A stretch of DNA of 63,595 nucleotides, filler included, from Sphacelaria rigidula (taxonomy: Eukaryota), in assembly GCA_964200075.2 (NCBI GenBank). It is 11 parts of 11 records of this genome, joined end to end, with 100 filler letters (N's around TTAATTAATTAA, not from the genome) between each part and the next. Parts side by side here need not be neighbours in the genome. Positions count along the whole stretch, not along the records: positions 11,583 to 17,273 come from CAXNAA020025219.1; positions 17,374 to 23,064 come from CAXNAA020025220.1; positions 23,165 to 28,855 come from CAXNAA020025221.1; 8 more parts are not named here. One strand, written 5' to 3'. Under the pieces are notes generated by a model that worked only from the letters and a program-made list of their open reading frames with translations, was not told the origin of the DNA and made no database searches. Numbering within the stretch: position 1 is the first letter of the stretch; each line of letters begins with the position of its first letter. A program made the translations under genes and the position numbers. This document shows positions 12,801-25,178 of this stretch, piece after piece.

Positions 12801-15800
12801 AAGGAAAAGAACATTCGAAAGAATTCCACAAAATGGTCGCAATGTGCACATCAGACTCCTTCGAGGACTCAGCAGACTTTGGTTTTATAGCAGTCGGGAC
12901 AGACGAATACGCGCCTGCAGCAGATAGTACACGAGGGGACTGCCCAGTTCTTGACGACGCGGGGAAAGAGGTCTGGATTGCAGACAGTGCTGCAACATGT
13001 CATATGACCCCTTCGTGTCACTGCATGCATGACTATGAGCCTTGCTCTCATCGGTCGGTGACGGTGGCTAACATTCAAAAGGCGCCGATTTTAGGCTTTG
13101 GAAAAATCTTGTTGTCGAGAGGTAGTGGCGAAGACAAGTTAACAGTCAGTATCAAGCGCGTGGCACATGTGCCTGATGTGGACGTGAACCGTTTCTCCCT
13201 GAAGAGTGTGGTGGTTGAGCATGGGTTACCGATTAGACTGACGAGAAAGGGCACTAACATCACGTTGCCCGGTGGGAAGAAACTGCTTTTTGAAAAGGAT
13301 GGCAGAAATGATGTCGTGACCGCAACCCGCCGTAGCCTGTCATGCAATTGTTCGTCGAAAACCCATCAGTTTGACCCCGATGAATCCGCGCAAGCTGTTC
13401 TTGCCCCGGGCAAGATGCCTGTTGACCGTAATCAGGTGGACATGAATCTGTTTCACCAGTCACACGGGCACCTGCACGAGGGTTTGTTACAAGAAACGGC
13501 GAAACAGCTGGGGGTGACACTAGTGGGCAAGTTGCACGAGTGCAAAGGCTGTTCAATGGCAAAAGGGTTGTGAAAACCCATTTTTACGTCCACCACCACG
13601 CGTGCAGCTAAGCCTTTAGAGCGTGTATTCATGGATGCGTCTGGGCCGAAATTGGTCGGGAGTGCAGGTGGTATGAAGTATTCTCTTCTCACCCGGGATG
13701 ATTTCACCCGGAGAATCTGGATGTATTTCGGGAAGCACAAGTCTGACACCACGAGGGCGTTTAAGCAATACCTGGCTGATGTAGGAGCACAGTGCGTTCC
13801 TTCACTTGTAGAGACTGTAAGATCTGACGGTGGTGGAGAGTTTTCAGGTTCTTTCAGTGATCTGTGTCGTGAGCGTGGTATAAGGAAAGAGTACACCCCA
13901 GCAGATAGTCCCGAGTACAATGGTGTTACCGAACGGGCAATCGCGATGGTTGAGAAAGCCGCTATGGCAGCTAGGATTCAGGCCAAGGTACTGTATGGTG
14001 TGGATGTTCCGGGGAGGATGTGGGCTGAGTCTGATCGTTGGGCAGCAGATACGTTGAACCGTTCTGCTACCACTGCTAACCCTGGGAAGAAGTCCCCAGA
14101 TGAGGTGTTTTACGGTGAAGTGCCTGAAGTCAAGCTTTTCCCTTTCTTCAAGCCAGGACACTGTAAGTATAAGAAGACGTCGAAGTGTATGCCGAAAGCA
14201 CAGGCGTGTTTTTACCTAGGGCCTGGCTACAACTACCCCCGTGATACCATAAGAATGCAGACGAAAGGCAGATATGTAATCACTACTCGCGATGTTACGT
14301 GGCAGCACTCACCTCCCCCATAATCACAGCAAGCGATTCCGTTTTCTATGTCGGGAGAGGAAAACTCACAGGATGTGGAAAGCAGGGAGGGCGGTGTCGA
14401 GAGCTCTGATTCTGACTCAGACGAGTCGGATCTCAGCACTGGTGGAGGGGTTCCGGGTGGTGCTTTGTCAGAGAAACTTGATGAGATGGTGGAACCTGAG
14501 GAGGAACGAGGCGGTAACAACGGCGAAGAGTCCGACCATCAGCCGTCTGCTTCGTCTTCATCCTCTGATGATGATTTTTCGAAGACATCGTCTGTCGGCG
14601 GCGGCGGCGGGGATGCCGCGAATCAACCTGACTCGGTTGAGCCGACACTTGGCCGGACAAGGCAACATACACGTGCTTTGCTGCAGCAGCGTCAGGAGCA
14701 GCGACTTCAACAGCAAGTTCCAGACCTGCGGGAGCATGAGGGTGATCATAATGCGTTGTGGACAGCCACGGGAGATTCGTGGGCTGCGGAACAGACCTTA
14801 GCTCAGCTGGAAAGCACGGAGGACCCAAGACACTCAGGAGAGTCTGGGTCGGAGTTGATCCCGTACGTGACTCTTGAAGAGATTGAGTCAGCCCCCAAGT
14901 CTGTGAAGGATGTGTACAGTTTCAAGTACAAGAGTGTGTGGTTGGACGCGATGAAGAAGGAAGTAGAGGGGCTAGAAGGTAATAACACGTGGACCGTACT
15001 TGACTCACCGTTTGGAGAGAAAGCAGTCGATTCGAAGTGGGTTTTTCAGTGGAAAACCGATGAACATGGTTGCGTGATGAAGGCCAATGCTCGACTGGGT
15101 TTTAGGGGTGATCGGCAAGAAATTGGCGACATTCTGACGTTTTCACCAACCCCACCCACTGCGACTAACCGAGTAGCTGCAGCGGTAGCTTGCGCAGAGG
15201 GAAGGACGATTTTTCATTTTGACGTTGAGCAAGCTTTTGTTCAGTCGGAACTAGAGGAAGACGTGTGCATGAGGCTACCGCCAGGTTTGGGTGAACGATC
15301 TGGCACTGTCGTACATTTACACAAAACGCTTTATGGCTTGAAGCAAGCTGCTAGAGAGTGGTACGGGAAACTGGGGAAAACTCTGGACGGTCTGGGTTTC
15401 GAACAGAGTTTGATAGACCCGTGTGTGTTCAGGCTGATGGACGGCGAGGAGGTCAGAATTCTGATTGTGGTTCACGTCGATGACATGTTCGTTGTAGGTG
15501 CTGAGTCTGTGTGCAACAAGATGACAGAGGATCTCAACACACATTTTCCAACAAAGAATCTTGGTGAGCTGGTCTGGTACGCAGGATGCGAGTACAAACA
15601 CGATCTCGAGAAAGGGGCCCTCAAATTGTCTCAGACTGCGTATACTCAGCGGATTCTTGAACGACTTTCGATCAAAAGGACCGCTGAAACCCCTGCGTTT
15701 GTTTTTTCTGACTTCAAGGTGGGTCAGGGAGAGAATTTCGAGGGGAGGTACCGTGAGACGGTGGGATCTTTGGTGTGGCTCTCCATCAACACCCGCCCGG

Positions 15801-16415
15801 ACATCGCCGACGCCGTGAGAGCTGCATCCCGCCACAACGAAAACCCGACGCCTGAGGACTAGCGCACAGTGTTGCGGATTTTCGAGTACCTCAAGACAAC
15901 AGTAGACTTGGGAATCACGTATGCTAGGGGTTCGAGTAGACGAGTTGGTGGCGTATGCGGATGCAGACTATGCGAAATTCGAGGATCGGCGTTCAGTGTC
16001 GAGACGGACGATATTTTTCTGCGGGGCTGTTGTAGGATTTTTCTCTGGCACTCAAAAGAATGTAACTTTCTCTTCTACTCAGGCTCAATACGGAGTGACG
16101 GGCGACGTAGTGAAGGATGCTTTGTTCGTGAAGGCGGTGCTGAAATTTATGCAGCCGCAAAGGAAGGAGTTTTGTATGCCACTGACGGTGTATGAGGATA
16201 ACCAGGGGGCGATTCAACTCGAGGAAAATCCGCGAAGCTCCCACAACAGCAAGCACATTGATGTGCGTCATCATTTTCTGAGGGAATTGGTGTCTGAACA
16301 AATAATTCGAGTGGAGTATGTCAAGTATTTTAAGCAGCACGCAGACGTTTTGACGAAATTCTTGCCTATTGGTAGCTTCAGGTACCACAGGAATGTGCTG
16401 ATGAACATCAAGTGA
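12794..16415 (+). pseudogene. copia pol (protease, integrase, reverse transcriptase, RNase H) with three in-frame stops and one frameshift
   Basis: Protease VWIADSAATCHMT. Integrase HHCC (HQSHGH..CKGC) and DDE core (MDASGP, RSDGGGEF, NGVTER). RT motifs SKWVFQWK, FDVEQAFVQ, LYGLKQAAREW, VHVDD. RNase H YADADYA, YEDNQGAI, SKHIDVRHHFLRE, HADVLTK. Stops at 13571, 14321 and 15860, frameshift near 15935. Confidence 0.95.
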
Positions 16416-16725
16416 CTTTGACAATCTTGAAAGTTGACGTGAGACCGGTTTATAGTCTTGGACCTTATATTTCCTACGTCAAGCTATGAACGTTTGGAGT
16501 GAGGTGCGACCGCGAGGTTGTAGCTGAGTATGTCTCATTTGGAACAAAGCGCATTCTCACGAGACTCGTGTCATAGCCGAGGTCAAACTATATTTCAGCC
16601 ATAGCTTGGATGTGATTTGTGTTTCTTCAGGAACGGGAAACGGTTTTTGGTTGAAGTGGTCTGAGTTTTCCTGGTGTATTGAGTCGCATTTTCGACATGC
16701 GTTTGATTTCCCAGTGTGCAAACTC

Positions 16726-17273
16726 AGGGAGGGTGTTAATCGTGTGATTTCCCTCATGGAAAATGTAAGATCCAGGATACTATCACGAGACCATCGGAGG
16801 AAATTATGGCGAATTAACCAATGGGAAACGGTGCTGGTGATTTCCAGAAATGATACCGAGAACGACGGTTCGGATCGATTCTCGGAATGCTCTGGAAAGT
16901 GTTGGTTGTTCTCACTTTGTTCTCGAATAATCCGGAAACGGCGGGGAGTTATATTTTGGGATGCAGTATGTTTCTGCGGGATAGAACAGGATGTATTTGC
17001 CGTAGCTCGAGAAGGACTCTCGACGGAGATGCGAAGGCGCATCTCTCCCCCCACCATGCTCAGTGTTGTTAGTGTGCGTGTGCCTTCCTACCCATGGGCG
17101 GTCTGATTTGAATCAGACAATAAAAGACAACTATACACTTCTGATTCTGTTACTTCATCTCCGACAGCGGTCGCTGTGCGAGATTGCCTTCTACGTTTTT
17201 GGCTGAGCATTGGGTGCTCGAGCCATATAGCTCTAGACTCTACTGAAACGATTCTCCCTCCATGCACACACAA
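16726..17273 (+). repeat. Polypurine tract (AGGGAGGG) and 3' LTR starting TGTTAAT at 16734, running to the contig end
   Basis: Purine run directly followed by TG about 320 bp after the pol stop, with AATAAA near 17118. No second LTR copy in the window to confirm the boundaries. Confidence 0.65.
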
Positions 17274-19094
17274 NNNNNNNNNNNNNNNNNNNNNNNNNNN
17301 NNNNNNNNNNNNNNNNNTTAATTAATTAANNNNNNNNNNNNNNNNNNNNNNNNNNNNNNNNNNNNNNNNNNNNAAGCGAGGGAGTGCATCCGCGGCCGCC
17401 TTTCGCGGGGTGTTGGCGAAGGTAGATGCCATGTAGTTGACTTTCAGGACAGCGGTGGAGTTGGTGGCGTGCGGGAGCATGGCAATACATAACCTGCGGA
17501 AGAGTCGCTCTCAGACACCGGTCGTATGCGAGGGCTTTGCTGTCAAAGCGCATCCCGCCGTCCCTGTCTCTCGGTTTGGTCGGCGGTTGGGTGCGCTCCT
17601 CCCGAGGAGGCGGATGCCGGTGGAATAATTGCGAGTAATTGAGAGAGGTGCGAGCTGGGCCAGCCTATAAACGGAGATGTCTCTAGCACGCGATGATTCC
17701 TTTCATTTCCCCGCATTTGCCACCTCATATAAGTACATCATTGCGAAGTGCAGACGGACCCGCTGATGCACGCTCTGCTGCTCAAAACAAAGTGACCACG
17801 ACGGCAGAACCAGATTCTGCAAAACAAATGGCATCTGTCGAGATTCAGACTCATGACCCCCGTACCTGGATTGTCCTGCACTTCCCGGACCATCGGGGTG
17901 TAACGGTGGCATACGCAAAGGAAAACGCTACGCCCAGTCTTGGGATTTGTTGAGCCGAAGATTTGCGAAGACCTTCCGCACACAAGTTAAGATTTCCTCT
18001 CGCTAGCAAATGAAAATGTTGTATTCCCCTGATGGACTTGTAGCTTTTCCTTTTACCCACCCAAAAGAAGATGTATTAGTCGGGATCTGAAGCCACGAAC
18101 TGCCGCCCTACGGGGCGGTATATCTACACCGTCATACACTGAAGAAAATGCACTGCTTAGTATAAGGATCTTCGAGCTGACGTCTCATGCTACTTGTTCT
18201 ACACTTTAATTCGCGAAAACGTAATGCTTTAGCCGACCATATAGATGTATATATGTTTGATGAGTTACGACATTTTAAAGTTCTGTCAGAGTGTTGGACT
18301 GACTCTGGGGTGCTCTTCGTTTTTTTTGTCTTTCTTTTAGCTAAGGCTGTACGTTTAGTAAGAAGAAAGATTACCTGATGACCAACTGGCCACGTTCTAC
18401 AGCGGGGCGGGTACATCTAATAGCACTATTTTGCTGCAGTTACTAGCGTTATTGTTAAGGGTGTAAAACGAGGCAGCGGCGGGTACGCGGTCGTCCATAA
18501 AAAGTCGACGTCGGGTCGTCGGTATTACTGAAGTACATGTAAGACGGCGCTGACCTTGATGCTTGGTGGGTTCGTCAACAGCACTTTAGATGCATTCATG
18601 CCGACAATCGAGTGAGCATAATGACACCATGTTTTATATGCCTGCTGTAAAGCGGGCACTATGTTGGGTCCCACTTTTCCTCTCGCGCCCCCAGAGACGG
18701 CAGCCCCGCCGAGTTGTCATGTCAGTATGTAGTATGTGGCGGATTTTTCGATAATGGCTTCATGCTACACGACGGTGTGAATCAACAAGGTGTGTATATT
18801 CAAAGCTGAGATGTAAAGCGTTCTTCTGCTTGATCATACCATACGACTATCACACCACCGTACCGGAGTATTCTTGCTGTTTCCGGCGGTACTCGCTTTT
18901 GTTGCTATTTTTTGCTTATAATGATGGTGACATATCTCTACTACTACACAGGTATTCCAAATAGCATGGGGTGGGGTAAGCCCACCAGCCGACCATGTTC
19001 ATTATAGTCAGCGGCTAAAGACGAATGATTACTGAACCTTTTGGATTTCCGCGACTACAGTCTATGTTGGCTTTCCCTTATCCAAAAACAAAAT

Positions 19095-19250
19095 CCAACC
19101 AATCATCCAACCCTCCCAACCATCCAACCATCCCCAAACAACCTTTATCTAATTATTTCGTTAAATGTTGAAACATAATATCAACCATCCATCCTCGACC
19201 ATCCAACCATCCAACCATACAACCATACAACCATCCATCCTCAAACAATC
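19095..19250. repeat. (CCAACCAT)n-rich repeat family; related copies at 54180-54370 (reverse) and about 60530-60600
   Basis: Repeated ATCCAACC/CCAT units with shared AT-rich flanks. Confidence 0.6.
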
Positions 19251-19578
19251 TTTAATTAGTTAATTTACATCAAGAATATATTTGGAAAAGGAGGGGCTAC
19301 AGGAAATAATGCGGCGTAGATTTGGAGCATAGAGATACATGGTCAAGATGTAGACACATCAACGGATGTGTGGTATCCAGCCGTAACTCCAGCTATATCT
19401 TCGCTTATGTGAGGGTATATATGCCTCAAGTGATTGGTCCAGTATTTATGAGAGCTACAGCACAGTAGTTTACCGTAAAAATCCTCTACGCCGCCCGCCC
19501 ACCACAGTGCACCTGATTTTGTAGTTCTTGACTTCTCCCAGGCAAACTCAGGTAGCAGTTGAGACACAAGCAACTGTA

Positions 19579-19809
19579 ATGACGTCGCAACTATTTTCAC
19601 ACGCATCAGGAACACTGCTTTTTGTGCTGGCGCTCCTAGTACTGCAGTGTATCGACCAACCCGTCCTCGTTCGCGCCTCCAACAACGACGCAGTCTCCGC
19701 GAACGTCACAGTGACCGACGCGTCAACGGAAGACCCCCAGGTATTTACGCGCAGCAGGCGCATGGAAGTGGTGACGAATACCGGCGCCGTGGTTGTCAAG
19801 CAGTTCACG
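19579..19809 (+). CDS. Probable first exon of a secreted protein (signal peptide followed by an RSRR motif)
   Basis: MTSQLFSHASGTLLFVLALLVLQCIDQPVLVRA-SNNDAVSANVTVTDASTEDPQVFTRSRRMEVVTNTGAVVVKQFT: hydrophobic h-region, V-R-A cleavage pattern, N-glycosylation sequon NVT. The donor site is uncertain (gt at 19741, gc at 19810 or gt at 19814). A good acceptor precedes 20607. Confidence 0.55.
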
Positions 19810-22062
19810 GCACGTGAAGAGCTTGACTGTCACTCTCGTAGGCTGTGCTGCAGTAACTGTTGCTTTCTAGTTTGTGGCTCCTCAACAACTGTAAATACAG
19901 CTTTCGCTACTGCAGCGCTATCCGGGCATCATGACCTGAAGAAGAGGTGCAGAGCGTATTTCCGATGTGATCATTCTCGGGTATGGCGTTGTTACTCAGC
20001 AGTGTTTACAAGATAAACTGCATCTCAATCTAGAATGACGCGTGACGAGAGCAGCACTTTGCCTTGAACTCAGTGGGGCATCGGCGAGTCGCCGTGACGT
20101 TAGACGAGCGATTCAGACAGAACGGGTTGCATAGACAGAGAGAGGTTGCTTTTGCGCACGTGCGTGCAAAATTGAAAAATGAGACGACCTTATGGCTCTC
20201 TCGAGATGGAACGCCCGTGTAGTGCACGCTGTAGCGGCCGAGAGGAGCACGTTCGGAAATGCGCCCCCCCCCCCCTAACCCACGGTCAGCATACGCTTGG
20301 AAATCCGCCTTGGCTGCCCGTCTCGTTTGTGGTGTTCAATTGGTACATGAAGCAGGGAGCGACAGAAGGACTATGTACATGATGTTCCATGTACAGTAAA
20401 TATCAAGATATGGGCAGTTGAGGATTCTTGAACTGACGGCGTCCGATATGTACTTCTGCGTCATGATGGATATGACTTATGTTTGAATCTTCCCTATCCT
20501 GGTCCACTCTAAGTCGCCCCAGACCCGCGCTTTCATCTACTGTATTGATGAAGGTGCGTGGTTAGTGGTACTCTTACTTGTGTTTTTGCTCCCTCTGTGT
20601 TGGTAGACCAGAACAGCTGGTGGGTCCTAATACTGCCGATGCTGCTGCGGCAAAGTGGCATCTCCATTTCAAAGTGTTAAGAGTGATATTTTCGCCCCAA
20701 AGCAGGGTTAGAGAGATGCCCCGCGGTAGTAAGAGGCGATATGTGTCCCCCCGGAGAGCCCCTGGAGGTGAAAAAAAGTATAGTTTCATACGTTTGGCAT
20801 TACAGGTGGGGCGGGGATTAGGTGACGTTGCGACAGTGTTGGCGCGTGGCCGTGAAACCGAATGCAATATACAGTTGTATAGTATTGCGGGAAATCAGGC
20901 ACGCCGCGCGCGGTCTGCAAACAACTTTGTTTGGCAAGCCATTATTGCGTGCCCATGAAGAAATACTGTACGTTGATCTGTATATTGCATATGCCAGCAT
21001 GCGATGCCAGGATACAGGAGTTATAGCTTCATAACCGATCCACGGTATTTTGCTTCCTTGCGTGCATTGGGAGCATGTCTGACTTGCAGCTATGCCAGGC
21101 TAAACTCGTGAGCTTGCACTTCCCATGTACCGCGCATGGGCAATCTTCGCTGTACTCACCCTAGTTTCGTCTTTCGTGTGCGTATCTAGTCCCCGAACTA
21201 CAGTAGTACATGATACAAGGTAGTATCTGAGGTGTCATCGTTGCGTCCAGGAACACTTCATGAGTATACCCGTGAAGAATGCTGTGCATGAAACGATGTG
21301 AAATGCAAACTTTATAAGCAGTACGCTTCACCAAAGGAAGTATAATACAATCTGCAGTATATCCTGTCTTCAGTCGGCCACTCTGTGTCGCCCGTCAGGC
21401 TGGACCAAAGAGTTATATGACAAGATTGCATCTATGTTGTCGTAACCCGTTGGGCTAGATGCCAAATTATATACTTTACCCAAAGCCTTGTTCCAGTTTC
21501 GTCACCGAGCCCTTTTGGCTTTTTCCATGATCCCTGCGTTTGACTGCGCAGCTCTGGGCTCATGGGCTTCGGCATCCCGATCACACAGTATCGAGGAGCG
21601 GGGGAGTATGCCCTACAGGCTCCTCATGAAGCATGAAGTCGCCGGTAGAGATTTATGATATGTCTCTGACCTATCTTCCTGTATTTATCGCCGTGGTTGC
21701 TCGGGGAAGCATGGCCGAGATGACCGCAGGTTTCACGATCAGACAGAGCGCCCCTCGCGCGTCTCCGAAGCAAATTGTGCAAAGCAGTCCCTTCAGTAAC
21801 TCAGGGAAGGACCGGGCATCGTGAACGGGTAGAAACATGTAGTGCGTATGCTTCTTTACTTCGATGACGGCAATACATAATATATATATATGTGTGTGTG
21901 TGCATACATATTTCACGTGCACTGCTCTCGATATTTTCTCGCTCCCAAAGTGGATCAGCGGTGCCCTCGACAGTTGATAACGGGATACACGTCCAAGAAT
22001 TATACTAAAAAGTATATACCCGTATAAAGCTGCAGGACACCGAGCCCCTTGCGATGATGTTG

Positions 22063-22326
22063 GCCGCGGCTCCGGCCTCGACAAGGATCCTGATATTGTT
22101 TATACCTGAATCCGTGTTAGATGCGAGCGTGATGATCGAATCGGCCGGCACGAGCAGCATTGGCGTGGTTGGGCATGCCCGTAAGCGTCTCGTGCCGTGA
22201 ACGCCCGCGTATGCCGAAGCAAGGCGATGCTGCTCGTGCTGGCGGACTCGACCATCATGCTCGTGTCTGATACGGATCCGGGGATACACAACCTGGGGGG
22301 ATCCTTGTCGAGGCCGAAGCTGCGGT
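22063..22326. mobile_element. About 260-bp fully palindromic foldback MITE
   Basis: CGGCCTCGACAAGGATCC / GGATCCTTGTCGAGGCCG and GCACGAGCAGCAT / ATGCTGCTCGTGC pair along the whole length. Confidence 0.8.
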
Positions 22327-22330
22327 AAAA

Positions 22331-22587
22331 AGTGATGCTACGGTAGGGGTGCACAAATATTTTCTGAGGTTAGAATTGTTAGGAGCCCTTCATCTCATGT
22401 AAAACACGATCTATGAAAATATGTGAGAGTATACCAGGATCACTACTACTCCAATGTGCTGGGAATATCCCGAATGAAATTGCAAACCGGGATGCCCTGA
22501 CCCATATTTTTGTGCATCTAGAATCGTTAGGAGCCCCCGAACTAGACATAATTTCGCGAGAAAGTGCACCCCTACCGTAGCATTGCT
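22331..22587. mobile_element. MITE family B, TIR ATGCTACGGTAGGGGTGCAC
   Basis: 20-bp perfect TIR. An opposite-orientation copy is at 40088-40343, with further TIR matches near 37345-37455 and 54862-54885. Confidence 0.85.
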
Positions 22588-22930
22588 CTAAACATAGTTG
22601 CGAGGGGCTCAGTGTCAACGCGACGGTACGGCCACACTACTACGCAAATGTTGTGTACTTGTATTCTGTTACGAATTACTGTACAACTTCCTCGAGGGCT
22701 CAGCGCAGAATTTGCAGCAGCAGTAAGGCCAGAAGATATCCTAACCGCATAAGTGATGTAGCAAAAAGAGCAATGCCACGGTGGTAGTAGAGGAGCATTT
22801 TCCAGCCCGAACTTTTCCGAGGCTGCACACAAAGGTTCAGATATTTTTCATCGAGAGGCTCCTACAGCAAAGTGCTTCAGAAAGAGAAAGTGCATCCCTA
22901 CGATGGCATTGCTCAAAAGCACCACCGGCC

Positions 22931-23064
22931 GCCGCGCCCCGGTGGTGTAATGGTCTGACTGCCGCCATTACGGTGGAGAGAACGGGGGTTCGGTTCCCGA
23001 TGCATTGGGGTTTTTCTTCGCAATGCATGATTTCCACCGTGGAAAGCGTGAGAACGTGAGTAAA
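22931..23064 (+). mobile_element. tRNA-derived SINE family 2, truncated by the contig end
   Basis: GCCGCGCCCCGGTGGTGTAATGG (A box) ... GGTTCGGTTCC (B box), closely matching the copy at 45772. Confidence 0.8.
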
Positions 23065-24434
23065 NNNNNNNNNNNNNNNNNNNNNNNNNNNNNNNNNNNN
23101 NNNNNNNNTTAATTAATTAANNNNNNNNNNNNNNNNNNNNNNNNNNNNNNNNNNNNNNNNNNNNCCCCTGGCCATCATCCAGGATCCACTATATACTCAA
23201 CCGTGACGGCGTGATTTCGCCACAGCGTTTTCGATTGTCTTTGTCTCGACCTATATAGAGGGGCACCCCCGGGGCTGGTCATCTGTGTTGCGTTGTCACA
23301 CTTTCGACGTGAAATTGAATGATGAACAGACCTTACCGGCGATGCAATGCAGCAGGGACGTGTGCGTGTCATGGGTGCAGATTGCCTTCTGCGCTTCTTT
23401 TCCCAACCGGCCGAGCGGCTCATTCGCCTCTTCGCCGATCGACTGGGCGTTTCCTTCCCATCTCATTGGCTTATGCGATTTTCCGTCAGGAAGATCTTGG
23501 ACATTTTTTGCAAACATTTCCTATATATTTTCACCCCGTTTAGCACGTCTATCTGTACAGAGCATCAAGTGTTCGGTCCCGGAGGCCCGAGGGTGATGCC
23601 GTTCTACCCCGATGATATCTCGATCTGTCCATACTTTTTTGCAGCTGCATGTAAAGGCATGCTACGGAAACTTGACTCCTAACTTCCATGACTGAATCGC
23701 ACACTCCTGTGAGCCACAACTTGGTTAGTCCTCATTCGGTTTGGTTGACTATTTTGCCATACTCCAAAGTTTTCTGGTCACCCGTATTGTGTTGTCGTGT
23801 ACAGTGCTCTTATGCCCGTGAATGAAGGCCCTTGCGACCAGAAATTCGTGGGCAAAAAACAGGAAGAACAAACGCGGAGGAATACCAAGGAATAATGAAG
23901 ACATCATAGACTGGTCGGACCGGTGCCGGACGTGTGCCGAACCTCTGCCGAACAGAGCGTACGGTCCATCCCAAGTTACCTAGGTTTTGTATGAGACAGT
24001 TGTAATTGTTTCGTCGCATATTTCTCGAGACGGGAAGCGAACCGGCCTGTGGCACTTCACAGCCCCCCGCACACACACTGCACCTTGTCAGTGTAGTGGC
24101 GGAGTCGCTCAGATCGCCACAGCGGATCCGAAAAGCCCCAGAACGTTGGAGGAAACGCGTTTTTTGGTACATTTTTACATTTTGTGTGTGGCGCTGCGGC
24201 CTCTGCGGCACCCGTTACGGAAATCCGTGGCCACACTGACTGGTTCTGGTGTGTGGGAAGCGCACACATCAAAACGCAATCCAATCCCCTGCTTCGATGC
24301 CGGGAAACCTGCGTCGAAAGTTGGGCACAACAACACGAGCAGCATATTCTATCCTCATGATGTTGTAACCCTGTGTACAGGTGTACAGCAACGTCAGTCA
24401 CAGGTTCGCTGTAGAACGTAATATAGTAATAGTG

Positions 24435-25178
24435 CATTTTGTATGAGCGTCGTCGTCGTTTCGAGTGACGCGTGTAGCTGTGATGGATACTGATTGGCTC
24501 ATTTAGGGTTCATCTCTTGTGTATTCAACTGACGTTGTAGTTGGTCGGTCCATCTCCCCGGTATATAATGCCCATAATCGAGCCCATTCTCGGGCATAAC
24601 TGTAGTGTTTTACTTGTGTGGTACGTTTCAAGATATGGAACCAACGAACAGTCTGGGGGGTATTGATTGAACGGGTCTTTCCTGGAGAGCAAGACTGAGC
24701 CGTAAATTGGACCGAAGAAAATGGAAGGAAGCAAAAAGGTAGAGCAGATGAAATAAAGTTGACTGGGAACAAAATAGAAGCAAAACGAAGATAATCCCCC
24801 CCCTTCTCCCAGAAATGGCAGGTCTCTACAACATGGCTTCAGGCGGCAAAGGTTTTGCGCGAAAGCACATGCACTCATGCCCAATCGAAAAACAAAAAAA
24901 ATCTATGTGAACCGATCGCGCGCGCGCGAGAACGAGAAAAAAGCCAACCGTTGGTCCCATATCTTGAAACGTTGGTCCCAGATCTTGAAACGTACCACAC
25001 ACGTAAAACACTACAGTTATGCCCATGAGTGGTCAATTTGGGCACTATAGATCGGGAAAATGGACCGACCAACTACACAGGTGAATGCACAAGCGATGGA
25101 ACCTAAATGAGACAATCAGTATCAGTCACAACTACACGCGTCACTCGAAATGACGACGACGCTCATACGAAGTGTATA
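24435..25178. mobile_element. About 740-bp non-autonomous DNA element with about 210-bp TIRs (MULE/foldback-like)
   Basis: 24440-24647 is the reverse complement of 24970-25170 (GTATGAGCGTCGTCGTC.TTTCGAGTGACGCGTGTAG; GGCATAACTGTAGTGTTTTAC). The right arm has a 21-bp tandem duplication at 24949-24991. Confidence 0.85.

Larger units (their letters stand above)
11583..17273 (+). mobile_element. Ty1/copia LTR retrotransposon occupying all of contig 3 (5' LTR not in contig, coding region disrupted)
   Basis: Domain order gag-PR-IN-RT-RNaseH is diagnostic of Ty1/copia, followed by a PPT and a TG-starting LTR. Confidence 0.95.

Noticed and set aside
16557..17106. Overlapping 166-aa ORFs after copia pol as an env-like extra gene
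   Set aside because: They span the PPT and 3' LTR and have no signal peptide, transmembrane segment or recognisable motif.
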